The translations under genes were made by a program, and so were the position numbers. This document shows, in pieces, positions 9,623-17,885 of a stretch of DNA of 32,000 nt. The DNA lies in contig JAKAFP010000007.1 in NCBI GenBank assembly GCA_021825925.1, positions 176,515 through 208,514 on the forward strand. The letters run 5' to 3'. Position 1 is the first letter of the stretch, and every line of letters starts with the position of its first letter. The notes below the pieces were generated by a model. That model did no database searches. It was given only the letters and a program-made list of their open reading frames with translations, and had not been told where the DNA came from. The stretch comes from Chloroflexota bacterium. Its GTDB lineage: Bacteria; Chloroflexota; Anaerolineae; Anaerolineales; Anaerolineaceae.

Positions 9623-10678
9623 ATGACTAAGAAGTGGCTGCTCGCTTATCTGTTGATAGTTATCTTTTCCATCTGCTTTTTAAGTTCTTGTCAGACTCCC
9701 ACCACTGCCACACCCGTCGCTTCTAAAACAAAAATTGTCTTCATACCTAAATTAACAGGGGTAGGTTTCTTTGAGTCCGGCGGAAAAGGGGCTCTTGAAA
9801 TGGGGAAACAATTAGGCATAACCGTCACCTACGATGGCCCAAATGCACCCAGCGTAAATGGGCAGATTGAATACATTCAAAAATATATGGATGCAGGATA
9901 TGATGCCATCGCTATTTCTTCATTATCTCCAGACGGTTTGTGCGACATATTAAAGAAAGCCATGAATGATGGCATTGTGGTACTTACCTGGGATTCAGAT
10001 GTGAACCCTGACTGCCGTTCCTACTACATAAATCAGGGAACTCCCATCCAATTGGGAAGGCTGCTGGTCAGTATGGCAGCCAGCCAAATGAAGGATGTAA
10101 CTGCCCCCCAGGATGTAGCGTTCTTTTATTCAAGCCCGACCGTCACCGACCAGAACCAATGGGTAAGTGTCGCCAAAGCCATCATCGCCACCGAATATCC
10201 TTCATGGACCATCGTGACCACCCAGTATGGATATCAAAATGTAGAAAAATCCCTCGAAACAGCCACCAATATCTTTTCCGCTTACCCCGACCTGGATGCC
10301 ATCATTTGTCCGGATGCCAACGCCCTTCCTGCTGCCGCCCAGGCAGCTGAAGAACTTGGGATCGGCGGAAAAGTGATCATTACCGGTTTTTCCACCCCCA
10401 ACGTCATGCGCCCATTTGTCAAAAGTGGCACCGTCAATCGTTTTGGTCTTTGGGATGTGGTTGAACAAGGTCAACTTTCCATTTATATTGCCAATGAACT
10501 GGTTAATGGACGCAAGTTTTCCATCGGCGAAAAAATTGACGTGCCAGGGGTTGGCACGGTGGAAATTTCTTCGAATAAAGTACAGGGATATGAATATGAA
10601 AGTGTTGGGAACGGAATCATCCTGCTGCCCAATCGAGTGATATTTGACATCAATAATATTGATGATTTTGATTTTTAA
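9623..10678 (+). CDS. Periplasmic sugar/AI-2-type substrate-binding lipoprotein (type 1 periplasmic-binding fold)
   Basis: Lipobox FLSSC; [77 protein letters not shown] is characteristic of the LsrB/RbsB-like fold. Start refined from GTG 9614 to ATG 9623. Confidence 0.88.
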   Translation: MTKKWLLAYLLIVIFSICFLSSCQTPTTATPVASKTKIVFIPKLTGVGFFESGGKGALEMGKQLGITVTYDGPNAPSVNGQIEYIQKYMDAGYDAIAISSLSPDGLCDILKKAMNDGIVVLTWDSDVNPDCRSYYINQGTPIQLGRLLVSMAASQMKDVTAPQDVAFFYSSPTVTDQNQWVSVAKAIIATEYPSWTIVTTQYGYQNVEKSLETATNIFSAYPDLDAIICPDANALPAAAQAAEELGIGGKVIITGFSTPNVMRPFVKSGTVNRFGLWDVVEQGQLSIYIANELVNGRKFSIGEKIDVPGVGTVEISSNKVQGYEYESVGNGIILLPNRVIFDINNIDDFDF

Positions 10679-10687
10679 AGAGTCATT

Positions 10688-12532
10688 ATGCTGAAAAGAC
10701 TTAAAGGACAGCATTACAGCCTTCCGATCATCATCGGCAATACGGTCATGTTGATATTATTGACCATCGTTGCCATTACCGGGGTATCCGGTGTAAAACA
10801 AAACGCAAAAAGCAATGCAATTGCCCTTGAACGCCGGCGTGAGATGGCCGATATTCGAACCCTGCAGCTTCTCATTAAGACCATGGACAACAGCCAGATC
10901 AACTATATATATAATGGTGATCCGGTTGATGCCCAGGCATTTAAAAATTCAATACCACCTTTGCTGGAATTTCGTACCCAGATTAGTAAATCACTCGAAA
11001 CTGAAGACGATCAGCTGAATTTCAATATCATCAATCGCCAGACAGACCAATATATCAGCTTGTTTTCTAAAGAAATAGTTCCAGCCCGTGAAAGTAATGA
11101 CCTCGATTCCTTAAGAACATTAAAAGACCAATCGGATGAATTGATCTCTCAGATTGACCCTTTCATCCAGAATATGATCGCAAATTATGAGGTCAAGGCT
11201 CAAAGTGCCTATCAAGCTGCACTGGCGGTTAAAGAAAAAACGATGTTCATCGTCATTTCTCTCTCAATAATTGTTGGGGTTATCGGATTATTTACTGGTT
11301 TTGGGATGGCCAGTACCATTGGAAAGAATACTCACCAATTAATGGTTGCCACGAATCAGCTTGAGAAATCTGAAGCGGCATTAAAAGAAAGCGAGCGATT
11401 CCTTAACAGCATTATTGAGAACATCCCCACCATGGTTTTTGTTAAAGAGGCTCCCGATTTACGCTACATTAGGTTCAATAGAACCGGAGAAGCAATTCTT
11501 GGTTTTGAACCTGGTTTCGTAAAAGGAAAAAGCGATTTCGATTTCTTCCCATCAGACCTGGCCTCGTTTTATCGAACCAAAGATCTTGAAGTCTTCGAAT
11601 CTAAGCATTTAGTGGATATTCCTGAAGAATTTGTTAATACCAAAAATAATGAAAAAAGAGTATTTCACACCAAGAAGATCCCAATTTTAGACGAGGATGG
11701 AAACCCAAAATACCTGCTGGGGATTTCGGAAGACATCACCGTACGCAAACAAGCCGAGGATAAGATCCGTCAGATGAACGCGGAACTTGAACTTCGGGTG
11801 GAACAGCGTACAGCGCAATTGGAATCCAGCAACAAGGAACTTGAAGCATTTTCTTATTCCATATCCCACGACCTGCGCGCACCCCTACGTGCGATTAATG
11901 GATATGCCCAGTTAATCAAAGAAGATCATGCTCAAGGACTTTCACCTGTTGCGATCAATTATTTTGATTTGATCCGCAAAAATGCCATCATCATGGGCCA
12001 ATTGGTTGATGATCTTCTCAATTTTTCAAGGTTGGGAAGAATGGGTCTCTCGAAAGCCAAGATTTATCCTGTGCCGATGATCCAAAGTATTATCGAGAGC
12101 ATGAAACCAGAGTTGGAAAACAGAAAAGTCAGTTTTTCGATCAAAGAACTGCCAGTCTGTGAAGCTGATGCTGCTCTTTTAAGACAGGTTTTTATCAATC
12201 TCATATCCAACGCGGTGAAGTTTTCCAAGGATAAAGAAGAATCCTTGATCGAGATAGGATATCAACATTCAACTGATATTGATTTAGCTGCCAACTCATC
12301 CGACAAAAAAGTGATCTACTATGTTCGAGATAATGGCATTGGTTTTGACATGAAATACTACGATAAACTTTTTGGAGTCTTCCAACGCTTGCACACCGCA
12401 GATTCTTATGAAGGCACCGGGGTCGGATTGGCCATCGTCTCTCGAATTGTCAATAAACATGGGGGAAGGATATGGGCAGAGGCGGTTTCAGGTCAAGGCG
12501 CTACTTTTTATTTTACGTTGGAACCTGATTAA
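10688..12532 (+). CDS. Membrane sensor histidine kinase with extracytoplasmic helical sensor and PAS domain
   Basis: Two TMs flanking about 170 aa of helical periplasmic domain; PAS region NSIIENIPTMVFVKEAPDLRYIRFNRTGEAILG; HisKA FSYSISHDLRAPLRAI; HATPase NLISNAVKFSK...DNGIGFD...GTGVGLAIV. Confidence 0.93.
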   Translation: MLKRLKGQHYSLPIIIGNTVMLILLTIVAITGVSGVKQNAKSNAIALERRREMADIRTLQLLIKTMDNSQINYIYNGDPVDAQAFKNSIPPLLEFRTQISKSLETEDDQLNFNIINRQTDQYISLFSKEIVPARESNDLDSLRTLKDQSDELISQIDPFIQNMIANYEVKAQSAYQAALAVKEKTMFIVISLSIIVGVIGLFTGFGMASTIGKNTHQLMVATNQLEKSEAALKESERFLNSIIENIPTMVFVKEAPDLRYIRFNRTGEAILGFEPGFVKGKSDFDFFPSDLASFYRTKDLEVFESKHLVDIPEEFVNTKNNEKRVFHTKKIPILDEDGNPKYLLGISEDITVRKQAEDKIRQMNAELELRVEQRTAQLESSNKELEAFSYSISHDLRAPLRAINGYAQLIKEDHAQGLSPVAINYFDLIRKNAIIMGQLVDDLLNFSRLGRMGLSKAKIYPVPMIQSIIESMKPELENRKVSFSIKELPVCEADAALLRQVFINLISNAVKFSKDKEESLIEIGYQHSTDIDLAANSSDKKVIYYVRDNGIGFDMKYYDKLFGVFQRLHTADSYEGTGVGLAIVSRIVNKHGGRIWAEAVSGQGATFYFTLEPD

Positions 12533-12778
12533 CAATAATCTTGACTGATAATGTTGTTGCTTTTTTATGAGGTCCACTTTTTGATCAATTATTATTTTGT
12601 GAGCAAACTGAAGTTATAATGGATTTATAATCTCTTTTTATTGGGATCTTGAGCTTATCAGTTCAGTTGCCTTTACACAATCCATTAGCCGTTTAAAACT
12701 TATCCGTTAGATTGAAATTGAAACGCGGAGCCTGACTCCCAAAACATTTTTCGATTATGTCCGCATTAGGAGGAATTG

Positions 12779-14020
12779 ATGGGCAAAAAATCAAGTTTGT
12801 TTAGTCTTCTGACGATCATGGTGTTGGTAATTTCTTCGTGCAATACTCAAAAACCGCTACCCAAATTACCCCCAGCCAGTATAGCGCGACACCCGGAACC
12901 TGTGGATTTCAGTCCTTACTTTCCAAAAAGAGACTCTGTTCCCACTTATGATCCCGAAACAAGTGACCCCTTTCTTTACGATTTCCGTTCTTCTGATGTC
13001 ACGAACCTGGACTTTTCAAAATCTTTGGAACTTCTCAATAATTCCAGTTACGACAGCAAGACCAAATGGCCTTCGCCTGAAAAAATGCCTGCCGGTTTCT
13101 CAGCTGAGCAGATCATGGAATTGGGTAAAGATCCGGGTTTGGGTATCCGTAGTTTACATGCTGATGGCATCACCGGTCGAGGGATCGGAATTGCGATAAT
13201 TGATCAGACACTCTTGGTTGACCATCAAGAATATGTGAACCAGTTGCAGCTTTTTGAAGATGGTGCAGGCATTGAAGGGGACTGGCTGACAACCTCCATG
13301 CATGGACCCGCGGTTGCTTCCATCGCAGTAGGAAAAACCGTAGGCGTCGCACCTGATGCCGATCTATACTTTATCACCATGGGAGACTGCAACGGCGCTT
13401 TTGCGTTGGGAGGTCAAGATTTCACGTGCCTCGCAAAAGATGTTTTAAGGGTTATTGAGATTAATAAAGGCCTTCCTGAAGAAAGAAAAATCCGGGTGAT
13501 CTCCATGTCAATTGGCTGGAGGAATGGGAACACCGGCTACAACGAGATAACTGATGCCATTGAAAAAGCCCAAGCTGCCGGTATTTTTGTGATCAGCACC
13601 AGCATATATCAGACTTATGGGTTCAACATCCATGGGATGGCGCGGCCGTCAATGGCTGACCCAAATGATTTCTCAGTCTACCTTCCTGGCATTTTTTGGG
13701 CAAATGATTTCTATTCAGGAGCCCAAAACCTGGAGAACACGCTCTTGATCCCCATGGATGCGCGCACAACAGCCAGCCCAAATGGGTTGAGTGATTATGT
13801 TCACTACAGTCGGGGCGGATGGAGTTGGATCGTTCCCTATCTGGCTGGTGTATACGCCTTGGCCTGCCAGGTGAATCCTGAAATCACACCTGACGTGTTC
13901 TGGGCTGCTGCAATGAAAACCGGGCGCACCATCCAGATCGAACACGATGGAAAGCAATACTCCTTTGGTGTTATTCTGGATCCTCAAAGTTTACTCAACG
14001 AGATTAAACAGACTAATTGA
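12779..14020 (+). CDS. S8-family (subtilisin-like) serine protease homolog, lipoprotein, divergent
   Basis: Lipobox VISSC; Asp motif GIGIAIIDQ; His motif MHGPAVASIAVG; Ser motif GGWSWIVPYLAG; RBS AGGAGG before the ATG at 12779. Confidence 0.83.
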   Translation: MGKKSSLFSLLTIMVLVISSCNTQKPLPKLPPASIARHPEPVDFSPYFPKRDSVPTYDPETSDPFLYDFRSSDVTNLDFSKSLELLNNSSYDSKTKWPSPEKMPAGFSAEQIMELGKDPGLGIRSLHADGITGRGIGIAIIDQTLLVDHQEYVNQLQLFEDGAGIEGDWLTTSMHGPAVASIAVGKTVGVAPDADLYFITMGDCNGAFALGGQDFTCLAKDVLRVIEINKGLPEERKIRVISMSIGWRNGNTGYNEITDAIEKAQAAGIFVISTSIYQTYGFNIHGMARPSMADPNDFSVYLPGIFWANDFYSGAQNLENTLLIPMDARTTASPNGLSDYVHYSRGGWSWIVPYLAGVYALACQVNPEITPDVFWAAAMKTGRTIQIEHDGKQYSFGVILDPQSLLNEIKQTN

Positions 14021-14059
14021 TTTTTATGCCGAATTGAGTTTGGACAATTAGGTAATCTA

Positions 14060-14092
14060 AAAAGATGACTGTAGTTACTTCAGTCATCTTTT
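14060..14092. terminator. Intrinsic terminator between subtilase gene and hgcA
   Basis: AAAAGATGACTG-TAGTTACTT-CAGTCATCTTTT, perfect 12-bp stem. Confidence 0.88.
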
Positions 14093-14100
14093 ATCCACCC

Positions 14101-14129
14101 ATTGACATATAGACGAACGTCAATATAAT
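14101..14129 (+). promoter_or_regulatory. hgcA promoter with overlapping operator-like inverted repeat
   Basis: TTGACA 14102-14107, 16-bp spacer, TATAAT 14124-14129. Perfect inverted repeat ATTGAC (14101-14106) - N12 - GTCAAT (14119-14124). Confidence 0.8.
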
Positions 14130-14186
14130 TGAACTATATAAATTGATTTCGTGCAAAACAGTTTTATTATGATATGGAGAAATTCA

Positions 14187-15182
14187 ATGGCACTGACCTT
14201 TCGCCTGGCTTCCATTCCAAAGATGATGACCACCACTTCTGTCATCTCGTCTGCTGATCACTGGGACCATTTTATTGCCCGCATCGGAATCCGCCGCGAT
14301 AAACACCTGGTGACGCCAGGGTTGTACCGCCTTGGCGCGCCCAAGGCAGATTCCATGGTTTTTGTAACTGCCAATTACACTCTCAGTTTCGATGCATTGC
14401 GGGCTTCATTAATTGGTGTGGATGCATACATCCTGGTATTGGATACCAAGGGCATCAATGTCTGGTGTGCGGCAGGCAAGCATACTTTTGGCACGCGTGA
14501 ATTGATTCGACGCATTAAAGCAGTACATCTTGATGAAGTGGTCAGCCATCGCAAACTGATTCTGCCGCAGTTGGGCGCCCCGGGGATTGCAGCTCACGAG
14601 ATCAGGCAGCAAACAGGCTTTGTAGTGGAATACGGACCAGTGCGCGCCGCGGATCTGCCGGAGTATCTTAAAACCCACCGGGCCACCACTGAAATGCGCA
14701 AGGTGACTTTTCCATTGCGGGATAGAATGGTGCTCATCCCGGTGGAATTATCCATCATTCTGCTGCCGGCGCTGGTGGTCATTGGAATTGGTTATCTTGT
14801 TGGCAACCTGCCCTTTGCCCTGGCTGTCTTGATGGTTATCCTGTGTGGCACAGTGTTTTTCCCGATGTTGTTGCCTTGGCTGCCCAGCCATGATTTCAGC
14901 ACCAAGGGTGCCTTCCTTGGGGTCATAGCCGCCATCCCCTTCGTGTTATCCGTCCTTTTGCAGCATGCCGATTGGAGTTGGTATCGTCAGGCTGGCCAGA
15001 TCTTGGGTTACCTTCTTGCCATGAGTTCAAGTATTGCTTACATTTCTTTGAATTTCACCGGCTCAACCACCTTCACCTCACGGGCTGGCGTGCGAAAAGA
15101 GATTTACACCTACATCCGTCCCATGGCTGTCTGTTTTGGCCTTGGGTTGACTTCATTGATCGTTTTCGCGTTTGTTCATTAG
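14187..15182 (+). CDS. hgcA: Mercury methylation corrinoid protein HgcA
   Basis: 331 aa from the ATG at 14187 (GGAGA upstream; the given ORF starts 12 codons earlier at a GTG). Cap-helix motif NVWCAAGK at 14457-14480, corrinoid-binding region FGTRELIRRIKAVHLDEVVSHRKLILPQLGAPGIAAHEIRQQTGFVVEYGPVRAADLPEYL, then about five C-terminal TM helices ending in NFTGSTTFTS. Followed 9 nt later by the HgcB-like ferredoxin. Confidence 0.95.
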   Translation: MALTFRLASIPKMMTTTSVISSADHWDHFIARIGIRRDKHLVTPGLYRLGAPKADSMVFVTANYTLSFDALRASLIGVDAYILVLDTKGINVWCAAGKHTFGTRELIRRIKAVHLDEVVSHRKLILPQLGAPGIAAHEIRQQTGFVVEYGPVRAADLPEYLKTHRATTEMRKVTFPLRDRMVLIPVELSIILLPALVVIGIGYLVGNLPFALAVLMVILCGTVFFPMLLPWLPSHDFSTKGAFLGVIAAIPFVLSVLLQHADWSWYRQAGQILGYLLAMSSSIAYISLNFTGSTTFTSRAGVRKEIYTYIRPMAVCFGLGLTSLIVFAFVH

Positions 15183-15191
15183 GGAGCAGCC

Positions 15192-15464
15192 ATGTTCAAC
15201 TCTTACCTTGATAACACCCTGGTTTTGGACGTCGAAAAATGCAACGGCTGCACGATGTGCGTTATTGTATGTCCACATCAGGTATTCGCCATGAAAGATC
15301 ACCACGCTCAGATCATCCACTATTCCGCCTGTATGGAATGCGGCGCCTGCATGGTAAATTGCGCTGCTGGAGCCATTATGGTTCAAAGCGGTGTTGGCTG
15401 TGCCTCCGCCATGATCAATGCCGCTCTGACTGGTAAAGAAGAAGCCACCTGCAACTGCGGATAA
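15192..15464 (+). CDS. hgcB: Mercury methylation ferredoxin HgcB (2x[4Fe-4S])
   Basis: 90 aa; KCNGCTMCVIVCP and SACMECGACMVNCAAGAI cluster motifs, downstream Cys70 (SGVGC), C-terminal TCNCG cysteines; adjacent to hgcA. Confidence 0.95.
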   Translation: MFNSYLDNTLVLDVEKCNGCTMCVIVCPHQVFAMKDHHAQIIHYSACMECGACMVNCAAGAIMVQSGVGCASAMINAALTGKEEATCNCG

Positions 15465-15501
15465 AAGAATTTAACAACAATTGAATATGGTTTTTAGCAA
15501 A

Positions 15502-15533
15502 GGCACTCCTGGTAAAGTAGGAGTGTCTTTTTT
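15502..15533 (+). terminator. Rho-independent terminator downstream of hgcB
   Basis: GGCACTCCT-GGTAAAGT-AGGAGTGTC followed by TTTTTT (9-bp stem including one G-U). Confidence 0.9.
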
Positions 15534-15575
15534 GGCTAAATAAGGTATGATTTATCTATAATTTTAGGAGGAACC

Positions 15576-16433
15576 ATGTCCAACAAGATAATCGTTCGAA
15601 AAGTAACCAATTCCATTGAACCAATGGTTGTCATGGAAGGCGCAGGTGTCAGGCTGCGCCGTTCCATTGCCACCCGGCAATTGGATTATGTGGATCCCTT
15701 CCTGTTGTTTGACCATTTTGGCTCGCACGACCCTGCAGATTACATGCCTGGCTTTCCGATGCACCCGCACCGCGGTATTGAAACGGTCACCTACATGCAG
15801 ACCGGTTCGGTCCGGCACACCGACAGTCTGGGCAACTCGGGCGTCATCTCAACCGGTGATGTGCAGTGGATGACATCCGGCAGCGGCATCATGCATGAAG
15901 AGATGCCCCAACAGGGCATAGACGGCCACATGGAAGGATTTCAGTTATGGGTAAACCTGCCGGCAAAACTGAAAATGAGTCCTCCCCGCTACCAGGAGAT
16001 ATTAGCCAATACAATTCCAGAAGTCATTCCTGACCCCGGCATTCGCGTAAAAGTGATCGCAGGTCAATACGCAGATCAACACGGACCGGTCACAGAGATC
16101 GCCGCCGACCCCACCTATTTGGATGTTGCGCTCGAACCTGGAACAAAGTTCAACATTCAGATCGCCTCTGACCATACTGTCTTTGCCTATCTATACTTTG
16201 GAGATGGTGATTTCGGCGGCACCTTTGCCTCTGCCACACGGTTGCTGATCTTTGGTGAAGGGGATTCGATTCAAGTCGAATCAGGGAAGATCGGGGCTAA
16301 GTTCCTCTTGATCTCAGGTAAACCTCTGGGTGAACCCATTGCCCGCTATGGCCCGTTTGTCATGAACACCCAACAAGAAATCATGGAAGCCATTAAAGAA
16401 CTGCGTGATGGCACCTTCATCAAATCCAAGTGA
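15576..16433 (+). CDS. Pirin-family cupin protein
   Basis: 285 aa; FLLFDHFG, FPMHPHRGIETVTYMQTGSVRHTDSLGNSGVISTGDVQWMTSGSGIMHEE is the canonical pirin signature; RBS TAGGAGGAACC. Confidence 0.95.
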   Translation: MSNKIIVRKVTNSIEPMVVMEGAGVRLRRSIATRQLDYVDPFLLFDHFGSHDPADYMPGFPMHPHRGIETVTYMQTGSVRHTDSLGNSGVISTGDVQWMTSGSGIMHEEMPQQGIDGHMEGFQLWVNLPAKLKMSPPRYQEILANTIPEVIPDPGIRVKVIAGQYADQHGPVTEIAADPTYLDVALEPGTKFNIQIASDHTVFAYLYFGDGDFGGTFASATRLLIFGEGDSIQVESGKIGAKFLLISGKPLGEPIARYGPFVMNTQQEIMEAIKELRDGTFIKSK

Positions 16434-16445
16434 AAGAAATAATAA

Positions 16446-16476
16446 TGATCCGAACTCTTCACCAGAATTCGGATCA
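16446..16476. terminator. Bidirectional terminator-like hairpin between convergent pirin and MFS genes
   Basis: TGATCCGAA...TTCGGATCA, 9-bp perfect stem. Confidence 0.5.
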
Positions 16477-16500
16477 GTGATCTTTATTAATCCAAGACTA

Positions 16501-17727
16501 CTATGCCGCTACATTTTCCATTTCTATGTAGTCAATGTCAGTTTTTCGTTTTGCCTTTAAGAAATACACCAGCAGCATGGCGATCAACGCGGATGCGGCC
16601 CATAACAGGAACGGGGCGCCAGCCCAATTAACCGCCAGACTATTGCCTATTGCGGGTTCCAGGGTCATGCCTAAACCGCCGATCCCATTAATGATCCCCA
16701 TGGCAGTACCTGCATAAACATGGCCAACACCATCGGTCTCAATGACTGATGTCAATAACAAGGCCATGAAGCCATCACGCATGAAGCCAGCTAAAACGAC
16801 CGCCGCCCAGATCCAGTTTCCTTTAACGATACCTAAAAGGCCGATCCCAATGATGGCCATGATCGCGCCGACCACCATGATCTTTTTTCGGGACCCTAAC
16901 CGGTCAGACCATAATGCCATGGGCAGTACAAATGCCATGCTGACAAGGTTGAGCGCCGAAAGGGCTCCGTCTGCTTTGAATCCCTGCCACCCGATATCGC
17001 GCAGGTAAAGCGGTAAATACCCCATCACACTTTGGATTGCCCCTGACATGCAAAACATGATCATACCGATCACCCACACGTTTTTCAATCGGATGACATG
17101 ACCAACACTATTTTTGATGGAGACTGAATGTCCAGATGCTGATTTTTGAATCGGTATTGAACGAGTAAAAAACCACGGAACACACAGAAATACACTGATA
17201 ACCCCATAAAATATAAACACATTCCGCCATCCGTTAAGCCAGGGTGAAAGCACGGATGCACTGATGATCGAACCTAAAAAGAATCCGAGCGCCATGCCCA
17301 TGGTGATAAAACCATTGGCGACCCCTAGTTGTGAATCTGGAAACCATTGCCCAATGATCTTGATGCCATTAATAAAAACAAAAGGCAAAAATGCACCAAA
17401 GAGAACCACGATGACCAACAGCCATCCATAATTGGGGACAAGCCCTCGTGCAGCCCCCAGCAAACCGATCAAAATCACACTGAAAATGATCACTTTCTTG
17501 GGTCCGATTTTATCGCCCAAGGTTCCACCCATGAGGCTGGAGAAAACAGCCGGCAGTGAACCAATGCCCCATACAATTCCGACCTGCACCACACTCAAAT
17601 TCAAATCATGAGACACTTCATTTGAAAGCACAGACATCGCCATGGAGGGCATGGCTATCACAATGATATTTGTGATCAAGATCAACCCCAACAAATACCA
17701 TTTGTAGTTATTTTTCTGTTCTTCCAT
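16501..17727 (-). CDS. Major facilitator superfamily transporter
   Basis: 408 aa, 12-TM-like; MFS loop GGTLGDKIGPKK and second-half ALWSDRLGSRKK. Paralog of 17886-19109. Confidence 0.93.
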   Translation of the reverse strand: MEEQKNNYKWYLLGLILITNIIVIAMPSMAMSVLSNEVSHDLNLSVVQVGIVWGIGSLPAVFSSLMGGTLGDKIGPKKVIIFSVILIGLLGAARGLVPNYGWLLVIVVLFGAFLPFVFINGIKIIGQWFPDSQLGVANGFITMGMALGFFLGSIISASVLSPWLNGWRNVFIFYGVISVFLCVPWFFTRSIPIQKSASGHSVSIKNSVGHVIRLKNVWVIGMIMFCMSGAIQSVMGYLPLYLRDIGWQGFKADGALSALNLVSMAFVLPMALWSDRLGSRKKIMVVGAIMAIIGIGLLGIVKGNWIWAAVVLAGFMRDGFMALLLTSVIETDGVGHVYAGTAMGIINGIGGLGMTLEPAIGNSLAVNWAGAPFLLWAASALIAMLLVYFLKAKRKTDIDYIEMENVAA

Positions 17728-17771
17728 TTTATACTTTCATCAAATCGCATTTATCAAAGATTATATTGGTC

Positions 17772-17812
17772 CAATAATATCATTGTTTACTCACCCGACA
17801 ATAAATATATTG
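17772..17812 (-). promoter_or_regulatory. Two CAAT-N6-ATTG inverted repeats in the promoter of the first MFS gene
   Basis: CAATAATATCATTG 17772-17785 and CAATAAATATATTG 17799-17812. The minus strand has a TTGTCG-N16-TATTAT promoter-like arrangement. Confidence 0.5.
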
Positions 17813-17885
17813 ACCATAAGAAATTGGCAATAAGAAGATTTTTTGACAACCAATTTGTCATTGAGTTTGGAACAAGAAACAATAA

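Noticed and set aside
14187-15182. HgcA ORF could be a generic corrinoid iron-sulfur protein (CdhD/AcsD) subunit
   Set aside because: It lacks the N-terminal Fe-S/TIM-barrel context and has a C-terminal multi-TM domain. It also has the NVWCAAGK cap motif and an adjacent HgcB-type ferredoxin, all of which are HgcA-specific.
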